64,000 nucleotides of DNA from Escherichia coli (lineage in GTDB: Bacteria; Pseudomonadota; Gammaproteobacteria; Enterobacterales; Enterobacteriaceae): the NCBI RefSeq assembly GCF_003334765.1, contig NZ_QOWT01000008.1; one strand, written 5' to 3'. Positions 33,598-45,928 of the stretch are shown piece by piece (the first letter of the stretch is position 1; each line of letters opens with the position of its first letter). The notes beneath the pieces were generated by a model, which saw nothing but the letters and a program-made list of their open reading frames with translations, had not been told where the DNA came from and did not search any database. Both the position numbers and the translations under genes were made by a program.

Positions 33598-34434
33598 ATG
33601 GCGCACGACGAACAATGGCTCACCCCACGTCTGCAAACGGCGGCAACGCTGTGTAACCAGACGCCCGCCGCGACGGAATCTCCGCTGTGGCTGGGGGTGG
33701 ATCTGGGCACCTGCGATGTGGTGTCGATGGTTGTCGACCGCGACGGTCAGCCAGTGGCGGTATGCCTCGACTGGGCCGATGTGGTTCGCGACGGCATCGT
33801 CTGGGATTTCTTCGGCGCTGTCACCATTGTTCGTCGCCATCTCGACACGCTCGAGCAGCAATTCGGTCGTCGTTTTAGCCATGCGGCGACTTCATTTCCT
33901 CCAGGTACGGACCCGCGTATTTCCATCAACGTGCTGGAATCTGCCGGACTGGAAGTGAGCCATGTGCTGGATGAGCCAACCGCAGTTGCGGATCTGCTGC
34001 AACTGGACAACGCCGGTGTAGTGGATATCGGCGGCGGCACTACCGGCATTGCCATCGTGAAAAAGGGCAAGGTGACGTACTCGGCGGATGAAGCCACCGG
34101 CGGACATCACATCTCTCTGACTCTCGCCGGAAATCGCCGTATTTCGCTGGAAGAGGCGGAGCAGTACAAGCGCGGTCACGGTGAAGAGATTTGGCCTGCG
34201 GTGAAACCGGTGTACGAAAAAATGGCGGACATTGTCGCCCGGCATATTGAAGGGCAGGGCATTACTGATTTATGGCTGGCGGGCGGCTCTTGTATGCAAC
34301 CGGGCGTGGCGGAACTGTTTCGCAAACAATTCCCGGCGTTACAGGTGCATTTACCGCAGCACAGTTTGTTTATGACCCCGCTGGCGATCGCCAGTAGTGG
34401 GCGAGAGAAAGCGGAGGGGCTATATGCAAAATGA
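33598..34434 (+). CDS. eutJ: Ethanolamine utilization chaperone-like protein EutJ (actin/Hsp70 fold)
   Basis: 278-aa ORF with DxG-type ATPase motifs (VDLGT, DIGGGTTG). Confidence 0.85.
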   Translation: MAHDEQWLTPRLQTAATLCNQTPAATESPLWLGVDLGTCDVVSMVVDRDGQPVAVCLDWADVVRDGIVWDFFGAVTIVRRHLDTLEQQFGRRFSHAATSFPPGTDPRISINVLESAGLEVSHVLDEPTAVADLLQLDNAGVVDIGGGTTGIAIVKKGKVTYSADEATGGHHISLTLAGNRRISLEEAEQYKRGHGEEIWPAVKPVYEKMADIVARHIEGQGITDLWLAGGSCMQPGVAELFRKQFPALQVHLPQHSLFMTPLAIASSGREKAEGLYAK

Positions 34435-35611
34435 ATTGCAGACCGCGCTCTTTCAGGCGTTCGATACCCTGAATCTGCAACGGGTAAAAACATTTAGCGT
34501 TCCACCGGTGACGCTTTGCGGTCCGGGCTCGGTGAGCAGTTGCGGACAGCAAGCGCAAACGCGTGGGCTGAAACATCTGTTCGTGATGGCAGACAGCTTT
34601 TTGCATCAGGCAGGGATGACCGCCGGGCTGACGCGTAGCCTGACCGTTAAAGGTATCGCCATGACGCTCTGGCCATGTCCGGTGGGCGAACCGTGCATTA
34701 CCGACGTGTGTGCAGCCGTGGCGCAGTTGCGTGAGTCAGGCTGTGATGGGGTGATCGCGTTTGGCGGCGGCTCGGTGCTGGATGCGGCGAAAGCCGTGAC
34801 GTTGCTGGTGACGAACCCGGATAGCACGCTGGCAGAGATGTCAGAAACCAGCGTTCTGCAACCGCGCTTGCCGCTGATTGCCATTCCAACTACCGCCGGA
34901 ACCGGCTCTGAAACCACCAATGTAACGGTGATTATCGACGCGGTGAGCGGGCGCAAGCAGGTGTTAGCCCATGCCTCGCTGATGCCGGATGTGGCGATCC
35001 TCGACGCCGCATTGACCGAAGGTGTGCCGTCGCATGTCACGGCGATGACCGGCATTGATGCGTTAACCCATGCCATTGAAGCATACAGCGCCCTGAACGC
35101 TACACCGTTTACCGACAGTCTGGCGATTGGTGCCATTGCGATGATTGGCAAATCGCTGCCGAAAGCGGTGGGCTACGGTCACGACCTTGCCGCGCGCGAG
35201 AGCATGTTGCTGGCTTCATGTATGGCGGGAATGGCGTTTTCCAGTGCGGGTCTTGGGTTGTGCCACGCGATGGCGCATCAGCCGGGCGCGGCGCTGCATA
35301 TTCCGCACGGTCTCGCGAACGCCATGTTGCTGCCAACGGTGATGGAATTTAACCGGATGGTTTGTCGTGAACGCTTTAGTCAGATTGGTCGGGCACTGCG
35401 AACTAAAAAATCCGACGATCGTGACGCTATTAACGCGGTAAGTGAGCTGATTGCGGAAGTTGGGATTGGTAAACGACTGGGCGATGTTGGTGCGACATCT
35501 GCGCATTACGGCGCATGGGCGCAGGCCGCGCTGGAAGATATTTGTCTGCGCAGTAACCCGCGTACCGCCAGCCTGGAGCAGATTGTCGGCCTGTACGCAG
35601 CGGCGCAATAA
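34424..35611 (+). CDS. eutG: Iron-containing alcohol dehydrogenase EutG
   Basis: 395 codons from ATG 34424 (MQNELQTALFQAF...), overlapping the eutJ 3' end by 11 nt; Fe-ADH family. Confidence 0.85.
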   Translation: MQNELQTALFQAFDTLNLQRVKTFSVPPVTLCGPGSVSSCGQQAQTRGLKHLFVMADSFLHQAGMTAGLTRSLTVKGIAMTLWPCPVGEPCITDVCAAVAQLRESGCDGVIAFGGGSVLDAAKAVTLLVTNPDSTLAEMSETSVLQPRLPLIAIPTTAGTGSETTNVTVIIDAVSGRKQVLAHASLMPDVAILDAALTEGVPSHVTAMTGIDALTHAIEAYSALNATPFTDSLAIGAIAMIGKSLPKAVGYGHDLAARESMLLASCMAGMAFSSAGLGLCHAMAHQPGAALHIPHGLANAMLLPTVMEFNRMVCRERFSQIGRALRTKKSDDRDAINAVSELIAEVGIGKRLGDVGATSAHYGAWAQAALEDICLRSNPRTASLEQIVGLYAAAQ

Positions 35612-35612
35612 A

Positions 35613-35797
<185 letters not shown>

Positions 35798-35827
35798 ATA
35801 AATAACAACTAACAGGGAGTAAAGGCG

Positions 35828-37054
35828 ATGGGAATTAACGAAATCATCATGTACATCATGATGTTCTTTATGCTGATAGCTGCCGTAGACAGGATCCTGT
35901 CGCAGTTCGGCGGTTCTGCTCGTTTCCTCGGTAAGTTCGGTAAAAGTATCGAAGGATCAGGCGGTCAGTTCGAAGAAGGCTTTATGGCAATGGGCGCACT
36001 GGGCCTGGCGATGGTCGGTATGACCGCGCTGGCACCGGTACTGGCTCACGTTCTCGGGCCGGTAATTATTCCGGTTTACGAAATGCTCGGCGCTAACCCA
36101 TCGATGTTCGCCGGAACACTGCTGGCGTGCGATATGGGCGGCTTCTTCCTCGCCAAAGAGCTGGCGGGCGGCGACGTAGCCGCGTGGCTATACTCTGGGT
36201 TAATTCTCGGGTCGATGATGGGGCCAACGATTGTGTTTTCCATTCCGGTGGCGCTCGGCATTATCGAACCTTCTGACCGTCGTTATCTGGCGCTCGGCGT
36301 GCTGGCGGGCATTGTGACCATTCCGATTGGTTGTATCGCTGGTGGTCTGGTTGCTATGTACTCCGGTGTGCAGATCAACGGCCAGCCGGTGGAATTCACT
36401 TTCGCCCTGATCCTGATGAACATGATCCCGGTGATCATTGTTGCGATTCTGGTGGCGCTGGGGCTGAAATTCATCCCGGAAAAAATGATCAACGGCTTCC
36501 AGATCTTCGCCAAATTCCTCGTTGCATTGATCACCCTCGGTCTTGCCGCTGCGGTAGTGAAATTCCTGCTTGGCTGGGAACTGATCCCCGGTCTGGATCC
36601 TATCTTTATGGCCCCTGGCGATAAACCCGGTGAGGTGATGCGCGCCATTGAAGTTATCGGTTCTATCTCCTGCGTTCTGTTAGGGGCGTATCCGATGGTG
36701 CTGCTGCTGACTCGCTGGTTTGAAAAACCGCTGATGAGCGTCGGTAAAGTACTGAATATGAACAACATCGCGGCAGCCGGCATGGTGGCAACGCTTGCCA
36801 ACAACATCCCGATGTTCGGCATGATGAAGCAGATGGATACCCGCGGCAAAGTCATCAACTGCGCCTTCGCCGTTTCCGCTGCTTTCGCCCTGGGCGACCA
36901 CTTAGGCTTCGCCGCTGCCAACATGAACGCCATGATCTTCCCGATGATTGTCGGCAAGTTGATCGGCGGCGTAACGGCGATTGGCGTGGCGATGATGCTG
37001 GTGCCAAAAGAAGACGCGACCGCGACTAAAACCGAAGCGGAGGCACAATCGTGA
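35828..37054 (+). CDS. eutH: Ethanolamine permease EutH
   Basis: 408-aa polytopic membrane ORF; recognised EutH. Confidence 0.9.
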   Translation: MGINEIIMYIMMFFMLIAAVDRILSQFGGSARFLGKFGKSIEGSGGQFEEGFMAMGALGLAMVGMTALAPVLAHVLGPVIIPVYEMLGANPSMFAGTLLACDMGGFFLAKELAGGDVAAWLYSGLILGSMMGPTIVFSIPVALGIIEPSDRRYLALGVLAGIVTIPIGCIAGGLVAMYSGVQINGQPVEFTFALILMNMIPVIIVAILVALGLKFIPEKMINGFQIFAKFLVALITLGLAAAVVKFLLGWELIPGLDPIFMAPGDKPGEVMRAIEVIGSISCVLLGAYPMVLLLTRWFEKPLMSVGKVLNMNNIAAAGMVATLANNIPMFGMMKQMDTRGKVINCAFAVSAAFALGDHLGFAAANMNAMIFPMIVGKLIGGVTAIGVAMMLVPKEDATATKTEAEAQS

Positions 37055-38454
37055 ACACTCGCCAGCTATTGAGCGTCGGTATCGATATCGGCACCACCAC
37101 CACCCAGGTGATTTTCTCCCGGCTGGAGCTGGTTAACCGTGCGGCGGTGTCGCAGGTGCCGCGCTACGAATTCATTAAACGCGAAATTAGCTGGCAAAGT
37201 CCGGTGTTCTTTACCCCTGTCGATAAACAGGGCGGTTTAAAAGAAGCGGAACTGAAAACCTTAATACTCGAGCAATATCATGCTGCGGGTATTGAGCCGG
37301 AAAGCGTTGATTCTGGTGCCATCATCATCACCGGTGAAAGCGCGAAAACCCGCAATGCTCGCCCGGCGGTGATGGCGCTCTCTCAGTCGCTGGGCGATTT
37401 TGTCGTTGCCAGCGCCGGGCCGCACCTCGAATCCGTGATCGCCGGTCACGGAGCCGGGGCACAAACCCTTTCTGAACAACGGCTGTGTCGGGTACTGAAT
37501 ATCGACATCGGCGGTGGCACCGCGAACTACGCCCTGTTCGATGCCGGAAAAATCAGCGGCACTGCCTGCCTCAACGTCGGTGGTCGCCTGCTGGAAACCG
37601 ACAGCCACGGGCGCGTGGTTTACGCTCATAAACCGGGGCAGATGATTGTGGATGAGTGCTTCGGTGCAGGCACCGACGCCCGTTCGCTGACCGGCGCGCA
37701 GCTGGTGCAGGTGACCCGGCGGATGGCAGAACTGATTGTCGAAGTGATTGACGGAACGCTCTCACCGCTCGCGCAGGCATTGATGCAAACCGGTTTGCTG
37801 CCCGCAGGTGTTACGCCCGAAATCATTACGCTTTCTGGCGGCGTGGGCGAATGTTATCGCCACCAGCCCGCCGACCCGTTCTGTTTTGCCGATATTGGCC
37901 CGCTGCTGGCAACTGCGCTGCATGACCATCCGCGCCTGCGTGAGATGAACGTACAGTTTCCGGCGCAAACCGTGCGCGCCACGGTGATTGGCGCGGGCGC
38001 GCATGCCCTTTCGCTCTCTGGCAGCACAATCTGGCTTGAGGGCGTACAACTGCCGCTGCGCAATTTGCCGGTGGCGATCCCGATTGATGAAACGGATCTG
38101 GTGGGGGCCTGGCAACAGGCGCTGATTCAGCTGGATCTTGATCCCAAAACTGACGCGTACGTGCTGGCGCTTCCCGCCTCGCTGCCTGTGCGTTACGCCG
38201 CGGTACTGACGGTCATCAACGCGTTGGTCGATTTCGTCGCGCGTTTTCCGAATCCGCATCCCCTGCTGGTGGTGGCCGGGCAGGACTTTGGTAAAGCTCT
38301 GGGCATGTTGTTGCGCCCACAGCTACAACAACTCCCGTTGGCAGTCATTGACGAAGTGATTGTCCGCGCGGGGGACTATATCGACATTGGTACGCCTCTT
38401 TTTGGCGGATCGGTTGTGCCGGTGACGGTGAAATCACTCGCATTTCCTTCCTGA
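37051..38454 (+). CDS. eutA: Ethanolamine ammonia-lyase reactivase EutA
   Basis: 467-aa ORF starting at GTG 37051 overlapping eutH stop (GTGA); recognised EutA. Confidence 0.9.
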   Translation: MNTRQLLSVGIDIGTTTTQVIFSRLELVNRAAVSQVPRYEFIKREISWQSPVFFTPVDKQGGLKEAELKTLILEQYHAAGIEPESVDSGAIIITGESAKTRNARPAVMALSQSLGDFVVASAGPHLESVIAGHGAGAQTLSEQRLCRVLNIDIGGGTANYALFDAGKISGTACLNVGGRLLETDSHGRVVYAHKPGQMIVDECFGAGTDARSLTGAQLVQVTRRMAELIVEVIDGTLSPLAQALMQTGLLPAGVTPEIITLSGGVGECYRHQPADPFCFADIGPLLATALHDHPRLREMNVQFPAQTVRATVIGAGAHALSLSGSTIWLEGVQLPLRNLPVAIPIDETDLVGAWQQALIQLDLDPKTDAYVLALPASLPVRYAAVLTVINALVDFVARFPNPHPLLVVAGQDFGKALGMLLRPQLQQLPLAVIDEVIVRAGDYIDIGTPLFGGSVVPVTVKSLAFPS

Positions 38455-38465
38455 GGGAACGACTT

Positions 38466-39827
38466 ATGAAACTAAAGACCACATTGTTCGGCAATGTATA
38501 TCAGTTTAAGGATGTAAAAGAGGTGCTGGCTAAAGCCAACGAACTGCGTTCGGGGGATGTGCTGGCGGGCGTCGCAGCGGCAAGCTCACAGGAGCGCGTG
38601 GCGGCAAAGCAGGTGTTGTCGGAAATGACCGTAGCGGACATCCGCAATAATCCGGTGATTGCCTATGAAGATGACTGCGTGACGCGGCTGATTCAGGACG
38701 ATGTTAACGAAACGGCCTACAACCAGATTAAAAACTGGAGCATCAGCGAACTGCGTGAGTATGTGCTGAGCGATGAAACCAGCGTGGACGACATTGCCTT
38801 TACCCGCAAAGGGCTGACCTCGGAAGTGGTCGCGGCGGTAGCGAAGATTTGCTCCAACGCGGACCTGATCTACGGCGCGAAGAAAATGCCGGTAATCAAA
38901 AAGGCCAATACCACCATCGGTATTCCGGGCACCTTTAGCGCCCGTTTGCAGCCAAATGACACCCGTGACGACGTGCAAAGTATCGCCGCGCAAATCTACG
39001 AAGGGCTTTCCTTCGGGGTGGGCGATGCGGTGATCGGCGTTAACCCGGTGACTGACGACGTGGAAAACTTAAGCCGCGTGTTGGATACCATCTATGGCGT
39101 GATCGACAAATTCAACATCCCAACTCAGGGCTGTGTACTGGCGCACGTCACCACCCAGATCGAAGCGATCCGTCGTGGCGCACCGGGCGGGCTGATTTTC
39201 CAGAGTATCTGTGGCAGCGAAAAAGGGCTGAAAGAGTTTGGCGTGGAGCTGGCGATGCTCGACGAAGCGCGCGCAGTGGGCGCGGAGTTCAACCGTATCG
39301 CCGGGGAAAACTGCCTCTACTTCGAAACCGGACAAGGCTCTGCGCTATCCGCTGGCGCTAACTTCGGCGCAGACCAGGTAACGATGGAAGCACGTAACTA
39401 CGGGCTGGCGCGTCATTACGATCCGTTTATCGTCAACACCGTGGTCGGCTTTATTGGGCCGGAGTATCTCTACAACGACCGCCAGATTATCCGTGCTGGC
39501 TTAGAAGATCACTTTATGGGCAAGCTGAGCGGCATCTCTATGGGCTGTGACTGCTGTTATACCAACCACGCTGACGCTGACCAGAACCTCAACGAAAACC
39601 TGATGATCCTGCTCGCCACCGCAGGCTGCAACTACATCATGGGGATGCCGCTGGGTGATGACATCATGCTCAACTACCAGACCACCGCATTCCACGATAC
39701 CGCCACTGTGCGTCAGTTACTCAACCTGCGCCCGTCACCGGAGTTTGAACGCTGGCTGGAAAGCATGGGCATTATGGCAAACGGTCGCCTGACCAAACGG
39801 GCGGGCGATCCGTCACTGTTCTTCTGA
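38466..39827 (+). CDS. eutB: Ethanolamine ammonia-lyase large subunit EutB
   Basis: 453-aa ORF; recognised EutB; begins 11 nt after the eutA stop. Confidence 0.9.
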   Translation: MKLKTTLFGNVYQFKDVKEVLAKANELRSGDVLAGVAAASSQERVAAKQVLSEMTVADIRNNPVIAYEDDCVTRLIQDDVNETAYNQIKNWSISELREYVLSDETSVDDIAFTRKGLTSEVVAAVAKICSNADLIYGAKKMPVIKKANTTIGIPGTFSARLQPNDTRDDVQSIAAQIYEGLSFGVGDAVIGVNPVTDDVENLSRVLDTIYGVIDKFNIPTQGCVLAHVTTQIEAIRRGAPGGLIFQSICGSEKGLKEFGVELAMLDEARAVGAEFNRIAGENCLYFETGQGSALSAGANFGADQVTMEARNYGLARHYDPFIVNTVVGFIGPEYLYNDRQIIRAGLEDHFMGKLSGISMGCDCCYTNHADADQNLNENLMILLATAGCNYIMGMPLGDDIMLNYQTTAFHDTATVRQLLNLRPSPEFERWLESMGIMANGRLTKRAGDPSLFF

Positions 39828-39847
39828 TGACGCGGAGATAACATATC

Positions 39848-40735
39848 ATGGATCAAAAACAGATTGAAGAAATTGTACGCAGCGTGATGGCGTCAATGGG
39901 ACAAGCGGCCCCCGCGCCGTCAGAAGCAAAGTGCGCCACCACCAACTGTGCGGCACCGGTGACCTCGGAAAGCTGTGCGCTGGATTTAGGTTCCGCTGAA
40001 GCAAAAGCGTGGATTGGTGTTGAAAATCCGCATCGCGCAGACGTATTAACAGAACTGCGCCGCAGCACCGTGGCCCGCGTTTGTACCGGTCGTGCCGGTC
40101 CGCGTCCACGTACGCAGGCGCTGCTGCGTTTCCTGGCCGATCACTCTCGTTCGAAAGATACCGTACTGAAAGAAGTGCCGGAAGAGTGGGTGAAAGCGCA
40201 GGGCTTGCTGGAAGTACGCTCTGAAATTAGCGACAAAAATCTCTACCTGACTCGCCCGGATATGGGCCGCCGCCTGTGTGCAGAAGCTGTTGAAGCGCTG
40301 AAAGCGCAGTGTGTTGCCAATCCGGACGTACAGGTCGTTATTTCTGATGGCCTGTCAACTGATGCGATCACCGTGAACTACGAAGAGATCCTGCCACCGC
40401 TGATGGCGGGCCTGAAACAGGCCGGGCTGAAAGTCGGTACACCATTCTTTGTTCGTTATGGTCGCGTGAAGATTGAAGATCAGATCGGTGAGATCCTCGG
40501 CGCGAAAGTAGTGATCCTGCTGGTGGGCGAACGTCCGGGGTTGGGTCAGTCAGAAAGCCTCTCCTGCTACGCCGTTTACTCGCCGCGTATGGCGACCACC
40601 GTTGAGGCCGATCGCACCTGTATCTCTAACATTCACCAGGGCGGCACGCCGCCGGTTGAAGCCGCAGCCGTCATTGTGGATTTGGCGAAACGTATGCTGG
40701 AGCAGAAAGCATCCGGCATCAACATGACCCGATAA
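39848..40735 (+). CDS. eutC: Ethanolamine ammonia-lyase small subunit EutC
   Basis: 295-aa ORF; recognised EutC. Confidence 0.9.
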
Positions 40736-40744
40736 GGAGGCATC

Positions 40745-41404
40745 ATGCCAGCTTTAGATTTGATTCGACCGTCTGTCACCGCTATGCGGGTGATTGCCTC
40801 CGTTAACGCCGATTTTGCGCGTGAACTGAAATTGCCGCCGCATATTCGTAGCCTCGGTCTGATTTCTGCCGACTCCGATGACGTCACCTACATTGCCGCT
40901 GATGAAGCGACCAAGCAGGCGATGGTGGAAGTGGTGTATGGCCGCTCGCTATATGCGGGCGCTGCACACGGCCCGTCACCGACTGCCGGTGAAGTGCTGA
41001 TTATGCTTGGTGGGCCAAACCCGGCGGAAGTGCGTGCAGGTCTGGATGCGATGATTGCGCATATTGAAAATGGCGCAGCTTTCCAGTGGGCTAATGACGC
41101 GCAAGATACGGCATTCCTGGCACATGTAGTTTCGCGTACCGGTTCTTATCTCTCATCAACCGCCGGGATCACGCTTGGCGATCCGATGGCGTATCTGGTG
41201 GCACCGCCGCTGGAAGCGACCTATGGCATTGATGCAGCCCTGAAGTCTGCCGACGTACAGCTGGCGACCTATGTCCCGCCACCGTCTGAAACCAACTACT
41301 CGGCAGCATTTTTAACCGGTAGCCAGGCAGCGTGTAAAGCAGCCTGTAACGCCTTTACCGATGCAGTGCTGGAAATCGCGCGTAATCCAATCCAGCGTGC
41401 GTAA
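40745..41404 (+). CDS. eutL: Microcompartment shell protein EutL (tandem BMC domain, BMC-T)
   Basis: 219-aa ORF; recognised EutL. Confidence 0.9.
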   Translation: MPALDLIRPSVTAMRVIASVNADFARELKLPPHIRSLGLISADSDDVTYIAADEATKQAMVEVVYGRSLYAGAAHGPSPTAGEVLIMLGGPNPAEVRAGLDAMIAHIENGAAFQWANDAQDTAFLAHVVSRTGSYLSSTAGITLGDPMAYLVAPPLEATYGIDAALKSADVQLATYVPPPSETNYSAAFLTGSQAACKAACNAFTDAVLEIARNPIQRA

Positions 41405-41416
41405 CGGAGGTTGCCG

Positions 41417-41917
41417 ATGATCAATGCACTGGGATTGCTGGAAGTGGACGGCATGGTCGCCGCGATAGATGCAGCGGATGCCATGCTCAAAGCAGCTAAC
41501 GTTCGTCTGCTCAGTCACGAAGTGCTTGACCCTGGTCGCTTAACGCTGGTGGTGGAAGGCGATCTGGCGGCGTGTCGTGCGGCGCTGGACGCAGGTTGTG
41601 CTGCCGCGATGCGTACCGGGCGTGTCATCAGCCGCAAGGAGATCGGTCGGCCAGACGATGACACCCAGTGGCTGGTTACTGGCTTTAACCGCCAGCCGAA
41701 GCAACCCGTAAGGGAACCCGACGCGCCAGTTATCGTCGCGGAATCTGCTGACGAGTTGTTGGCGCTGTTAACATCAGTACGTCAGGGAATGACGGCAGGA
41801 GAAGTGGCTGCCCACTTTGGCTGGCCGCTGGAAAAAGCCAGAAATGCGCTCGAACAGCTCTTTTCTGCCGGGACGTTACGTAAACGCAGTAGTCGTTATC
41901 GTCTCAAGCCCCATTAA
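41417..41917 (+). CDS. eutK: Microcompartment shell protein EutK (BMC domain plus C-terminal helix-turn-helix-like tail)
   Basis: 166 codons from ATG 41417 (MINALGLLEVDGMVAAIDAADAMLKAANV...). Confidence 0.85.
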   Translation: MINALGLLEVDGMVAAIDAADAMLKAANVRLLSHEVLDPGRLTLVVEGDLAACRAALDAGCAAAMRTGRVISRKEIGRPDDDTQWLVTGFNRQPKQPVREPDAPVIVAESADELLALLTSVRQGMTAGEVAAHFGWPLEKARNALEQLFSAGTLRKRSSRYRLKPH

Positions 41918-41962
41918 CCTGTCGGAGGTGCCGGGTGTCCTACAACACCCGGCATTAACATC

Positions 41963-43015
41963 ATGAAAAAGACCCGTACAGCCAATTTGCACCATCTTTA
42001 TCATGAACCCTTACCCGAAAACCTGAAGCTCACGCCGAAGGTCGAAGTGGATAATGTTCATCAACGACAGACAACGGATGTCTATGAACATGCTTTAACG
42101 ATTACCGCCTGGCAGCAGATTTACGATCAGCTGCATCCGGGCAAGTTTCATGGTGAATTTACGGAAATTCTACTCGATGATATTCAGGTTTTTCGTGAAT
42201 ACACCGGTCTGGCGCTGCGTCAGTCGTGCCTGGTCTGGCCGAACTCGTTCTGGTTTGGCATTCCGGCGACGCGCGGTGAGCAGGGATTTATCGGTTCGCA
42301 ATGTCTGGGAAGCGCGGAAATCGCCACCCGCCCTGGTGGCACTGAATTTGAACTGAGCACGCCGGATGATTACACGATCCTGGGCGTGGTGCTTTCTGAA
42401 GATGTCATCACCCGGCAGGCTAACTTTTTGCATAACCCGGATCGGGTATTACATATGTTGCGTAACCAGTCGGCGCTGGAAGTGAAAGAGCAGCATAAAG
42501 CCGCGCTGTGGGGCTTTGTCCAACAGGCGCTGGCGACGTTTTGCGAGAATCCGGAAAATCTCCATCAGCCTGCAGTGCGAAAAGTGCTGGGGGATAATTT
42601 GCTAATGGCGATGGGGGCCATGCTGGAAGAAGCGCAACCAATGGTGACGGCGGAAAGCATCAGTCATCAGAGTTACCGTCGATTGCTTTCCCGCGCCCGT
42701 GAATATGTGCTGGAAAACATGTCCGAACCGGTGACGGTGCTGGATTTGTGTAATCAACTGCATGTCAGCCGCCGCACGCTACAAAACGCGTTTCACGCTA
42801 TTTTAGGCATTGGCCCGAACGCGTGGCTGAAACGCATTCGCCTGAACGCCGTACGCCGCGAACTGATAAGTCCGTGGTCGCAAAGTATGACGGTAAAAGA
42901 CGCCGCCATGCAGTGGGGATTCTGGCATCTGGGGCAATTTGCCACGGATTACCAGCAGCTGTTTTCCGAGAAGCCGTCACTGACGCTGCATCAGCGGATG
43001 CGGGAGTGGGGGTGA
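41963..43015 (+). CDS. eutR: AraC-family transcriptional activator EutR
   Basis: 350-aa ORF with C-terminal AraC-type HTH; last gene of eut operon. Confidence 0.9.
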
Positions 43016-43020
43016 GGGAG

Positions 43021-43923
<903 letters not shown>

Positions 43924-44793
43924 TTATCGCTTTTTCGAATGTGCTTTCTGGTTGTCGAACCAGTGGAAATAACTGATCACGCCTTCAGCAATCGCTGTGG
44001 CGATTTTCTGACGAAACGCCGCCGTGCCTAACAGCCGTTCTTCTTCCGGGTTGGTGATAAACGAGGTTTCCACCAGCACCGAAGGAACCGACGGTGATTT
44101 CAACACCACAAATGCCGCTTGTTCGGTGTTGCGGCTGTGCAGTTTATGCACCGGCTTAATCTTCTTCAGAATATGCGAGCCGAGCGTCAGACTATTTTTA
44201 ATGGTATCTGTTTGCACCAGATCAAACAGCACTTGTTGCAATAGGTGATCCTTGTCAGTCGCCTTTTTACCGGCAACTTCATCGGCGCGGTTTTCGCGTT
44301 CAGACAGGTATTTCGCCATTGCGCTACTTGCCCCACGGTTAGAGAGGGCAAATACCGAAGCACCGGCAGCTTTCGGGTTGGTAAAGCCATCGGCATGAAT
44401 TGACATAAACAGATCTGCGCCATGTTTATGGGCGATTTCAACGCGATCGTAAAGTGGGATAAACGTATCGCCAGAACGCGTTAAACGCGCATCAATCCCA
44501 TGATTACGCAAAATGGAACGGACGTTTTTAGCAATCGCCAGCACCACATGTTTTTCTTTCGAACCGTTGCGTCCGATCGCTCCGGTATCAATTCCGCCGT
44601 GACCTGGATCGAGAACAACGACACGTTTGCCGCCAGATTTTTTGGCTTTCGGCTTGCTGTGTCCGTTGCTGGTTTTTAAAAGTTCGTCTTTGGCGATGGC
44701 TTGCGACATTCCTGACAACGTCAGGGCAGCCAAACCGGCTTTCAGCACCTGGCGGCGCGAAGTGAGTGTTTTTAGTGGTTTAAAAGTGCTCAT
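43924..44793 (-). CDS. amiA: N-acetylmuramoyl-L-alanine amidase AmiA
   Basis: 289-aa reverse ORF with twin-arginine signal (SRRQVLKAGLAALTL) and Amidase_3 domain. Confidence 0.9.
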   Translation of the reverse strand: MSTFKPLKTLTSRRQVLKAGLAALTLSGMSQAIAKDELLKTSNGHSKPKAKKSGGKRVVVLDPGHGGIDTGAIGRNGSKEKHVVLAIAKNVRSILRNHGIDARLTRSGDTFIPLYDRVEIAHKHGADLFMSIHADGFTNPKAAGASVFALSNRGASSAMAKYLSERENRADEVAGKKATDKDHLLQQVLFDLVQTDTIKNSLTLGSHILKKIKPVHKLHSRNTEQAAFVVLKSPSVPSVLVETSFITNPEEERLLGTAAFRQKIATAIAEGVISYFHWFDNQKAHSKKR

Positions 44794-45006
44794 ACGGCCT
44801 GAGTTGTAATAATAAAGTTCCAGATGTTATATCGTATCGCGTAATCCGTTACGACGGTTTGCTGTTGAGAATTGTTTTACTTTTCATTTCAATAGTTGAC
44901 AACTCCCCATTATGCCACTTTTTCAACCGATTTTCGTCAGATATTGGCTAATTCGACCGTTCACGCCATAATCAGCCTTTTAACCCGCAAAAAGGTAACG
45001 AATACC

Positions 45007-45432
45007 ATGGAGATACGCGTATTTCGCCAGGAAGATTTCGAAGAGGTCATCACCCTTTGGGAGCGTTGCGACTTGCTGCGTCCGTGGAACGATCCGGAAA
45101 TGGACATCGAGCGTAAGATGAACCATGACGTCAGTTTGTTTTTGGTCGCTGAGGTAAACGGTGACGTGGTCGGAACGGTGATGGGCGGTTATGACGGGCA
45201 TCGCGGGTCTGCTTATTATCTTGGCGTGCATCCAGAGTTTCGTGGGCGTGGGATTGCCAATGCGTTGCTTAATCGGCTGGAGAAAAAGCTGATTGCTCGT
45301 GGCTGCCCGAAAATTCAGATCAATGTGCCGGAAGATAACGACATGGTGCTCGGAATGTATGAACGCCTGGGATATGAACACGCCGACGTGCTGAGTCTGG
45401 GTAAGCGTTTGATTGAAGATGAAGAGTACTGA
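45007..45432 (+). CDS. ypeA: GNAT-family acetyltransferase YpeA
   Basis: 141 codons from ATG 45007 ([18 protein letters not shown]...); GNAT motif region; ORF track start 44896 is an upstream in-frame alternative. Confidence 0.85.
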   Translation: MEIRVFRQEDFEEVITLWERCDLLRPWNDPEMDIERKMNHDVSLFLVAEVNGDVVGTVMGGYDGHRGSAYYLGVHPEFRGRGIANALLNRLEKKLIARGCPKIQINVPEDNDMVLGMYERLGYEHADVLSLGKRLIEDEEY

Positions 45433-45868
45433 GTTTCATCCTGTCCATTATGATGCGCACGGTCGCCTGCGTTTACCCTTGCTCTTCTGGCTTGTGCTAT
45501 TGCTTCAGGCGCGAACCTGGGTGCTGTTTGTCATTGCCGGTGCGTCGCGCGAGCAGGGTACTGCGCTGCTAAATCTGTTTTATCCCGATCACGATAATTT
45601 CTGGCTGGGGCTGATTCCTGGCATTCCGGCGGTGCTGGCGTTTTTGTTGAGCGGTCGGCGGGCTACGTTTCCTCGCACCTGGCGTGTACTCTATTTTCTG
45701 TTGCTGTTGGCGCAGGTGGTTTTACTTTGCTGGCAACCGTGGCTGTGGCTGAACGGTGAATCCGTTAGCGGTATCGGTCTGGCGCTGGTAGTGGCGGATA
45801 TTGTGGCGTTAATCTGGCTGCTGACCAATCGACGTTTACGCGCTTGTTTTAATGAAGTAAAAGAATAA
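45419..45868 (+). CDS. yfeZ: Inner membrane protein YfeZ
   Basis: 149 codons from ATG 45419 ([15 protein letters not shown]...); multiple TM helices; overlaps ypeA 3' end by 14 nt. Confidence 0.8.
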   Translation: MKSTEFHPVHYDAHGRLRLPLLFWLVLLLQARTWVLFVIAGASREQGTALLNLFYPDHDNFWLGLIPGIPAVLAFLLSGRRATFPRTWRVLYFLLLLAQVVLLCWQPWLWLNGESVSGIGLALVVADIVALIWLLTNRRLRACFNEVKE

Positions 45869-45928
45869 CGGCACTTTTTGGTGAATTTGCACTCCAAGCA
45901 ACGTTATTGAATAACCAAAGGAAGTGAC

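Noticed and set aside
36283-36957. 224-aa reverse-strand ORF inside eutH
   Set aside because: Antisense to the membrane permease gene; reverse-complemented hydrophobic codons give a spurious ORF.
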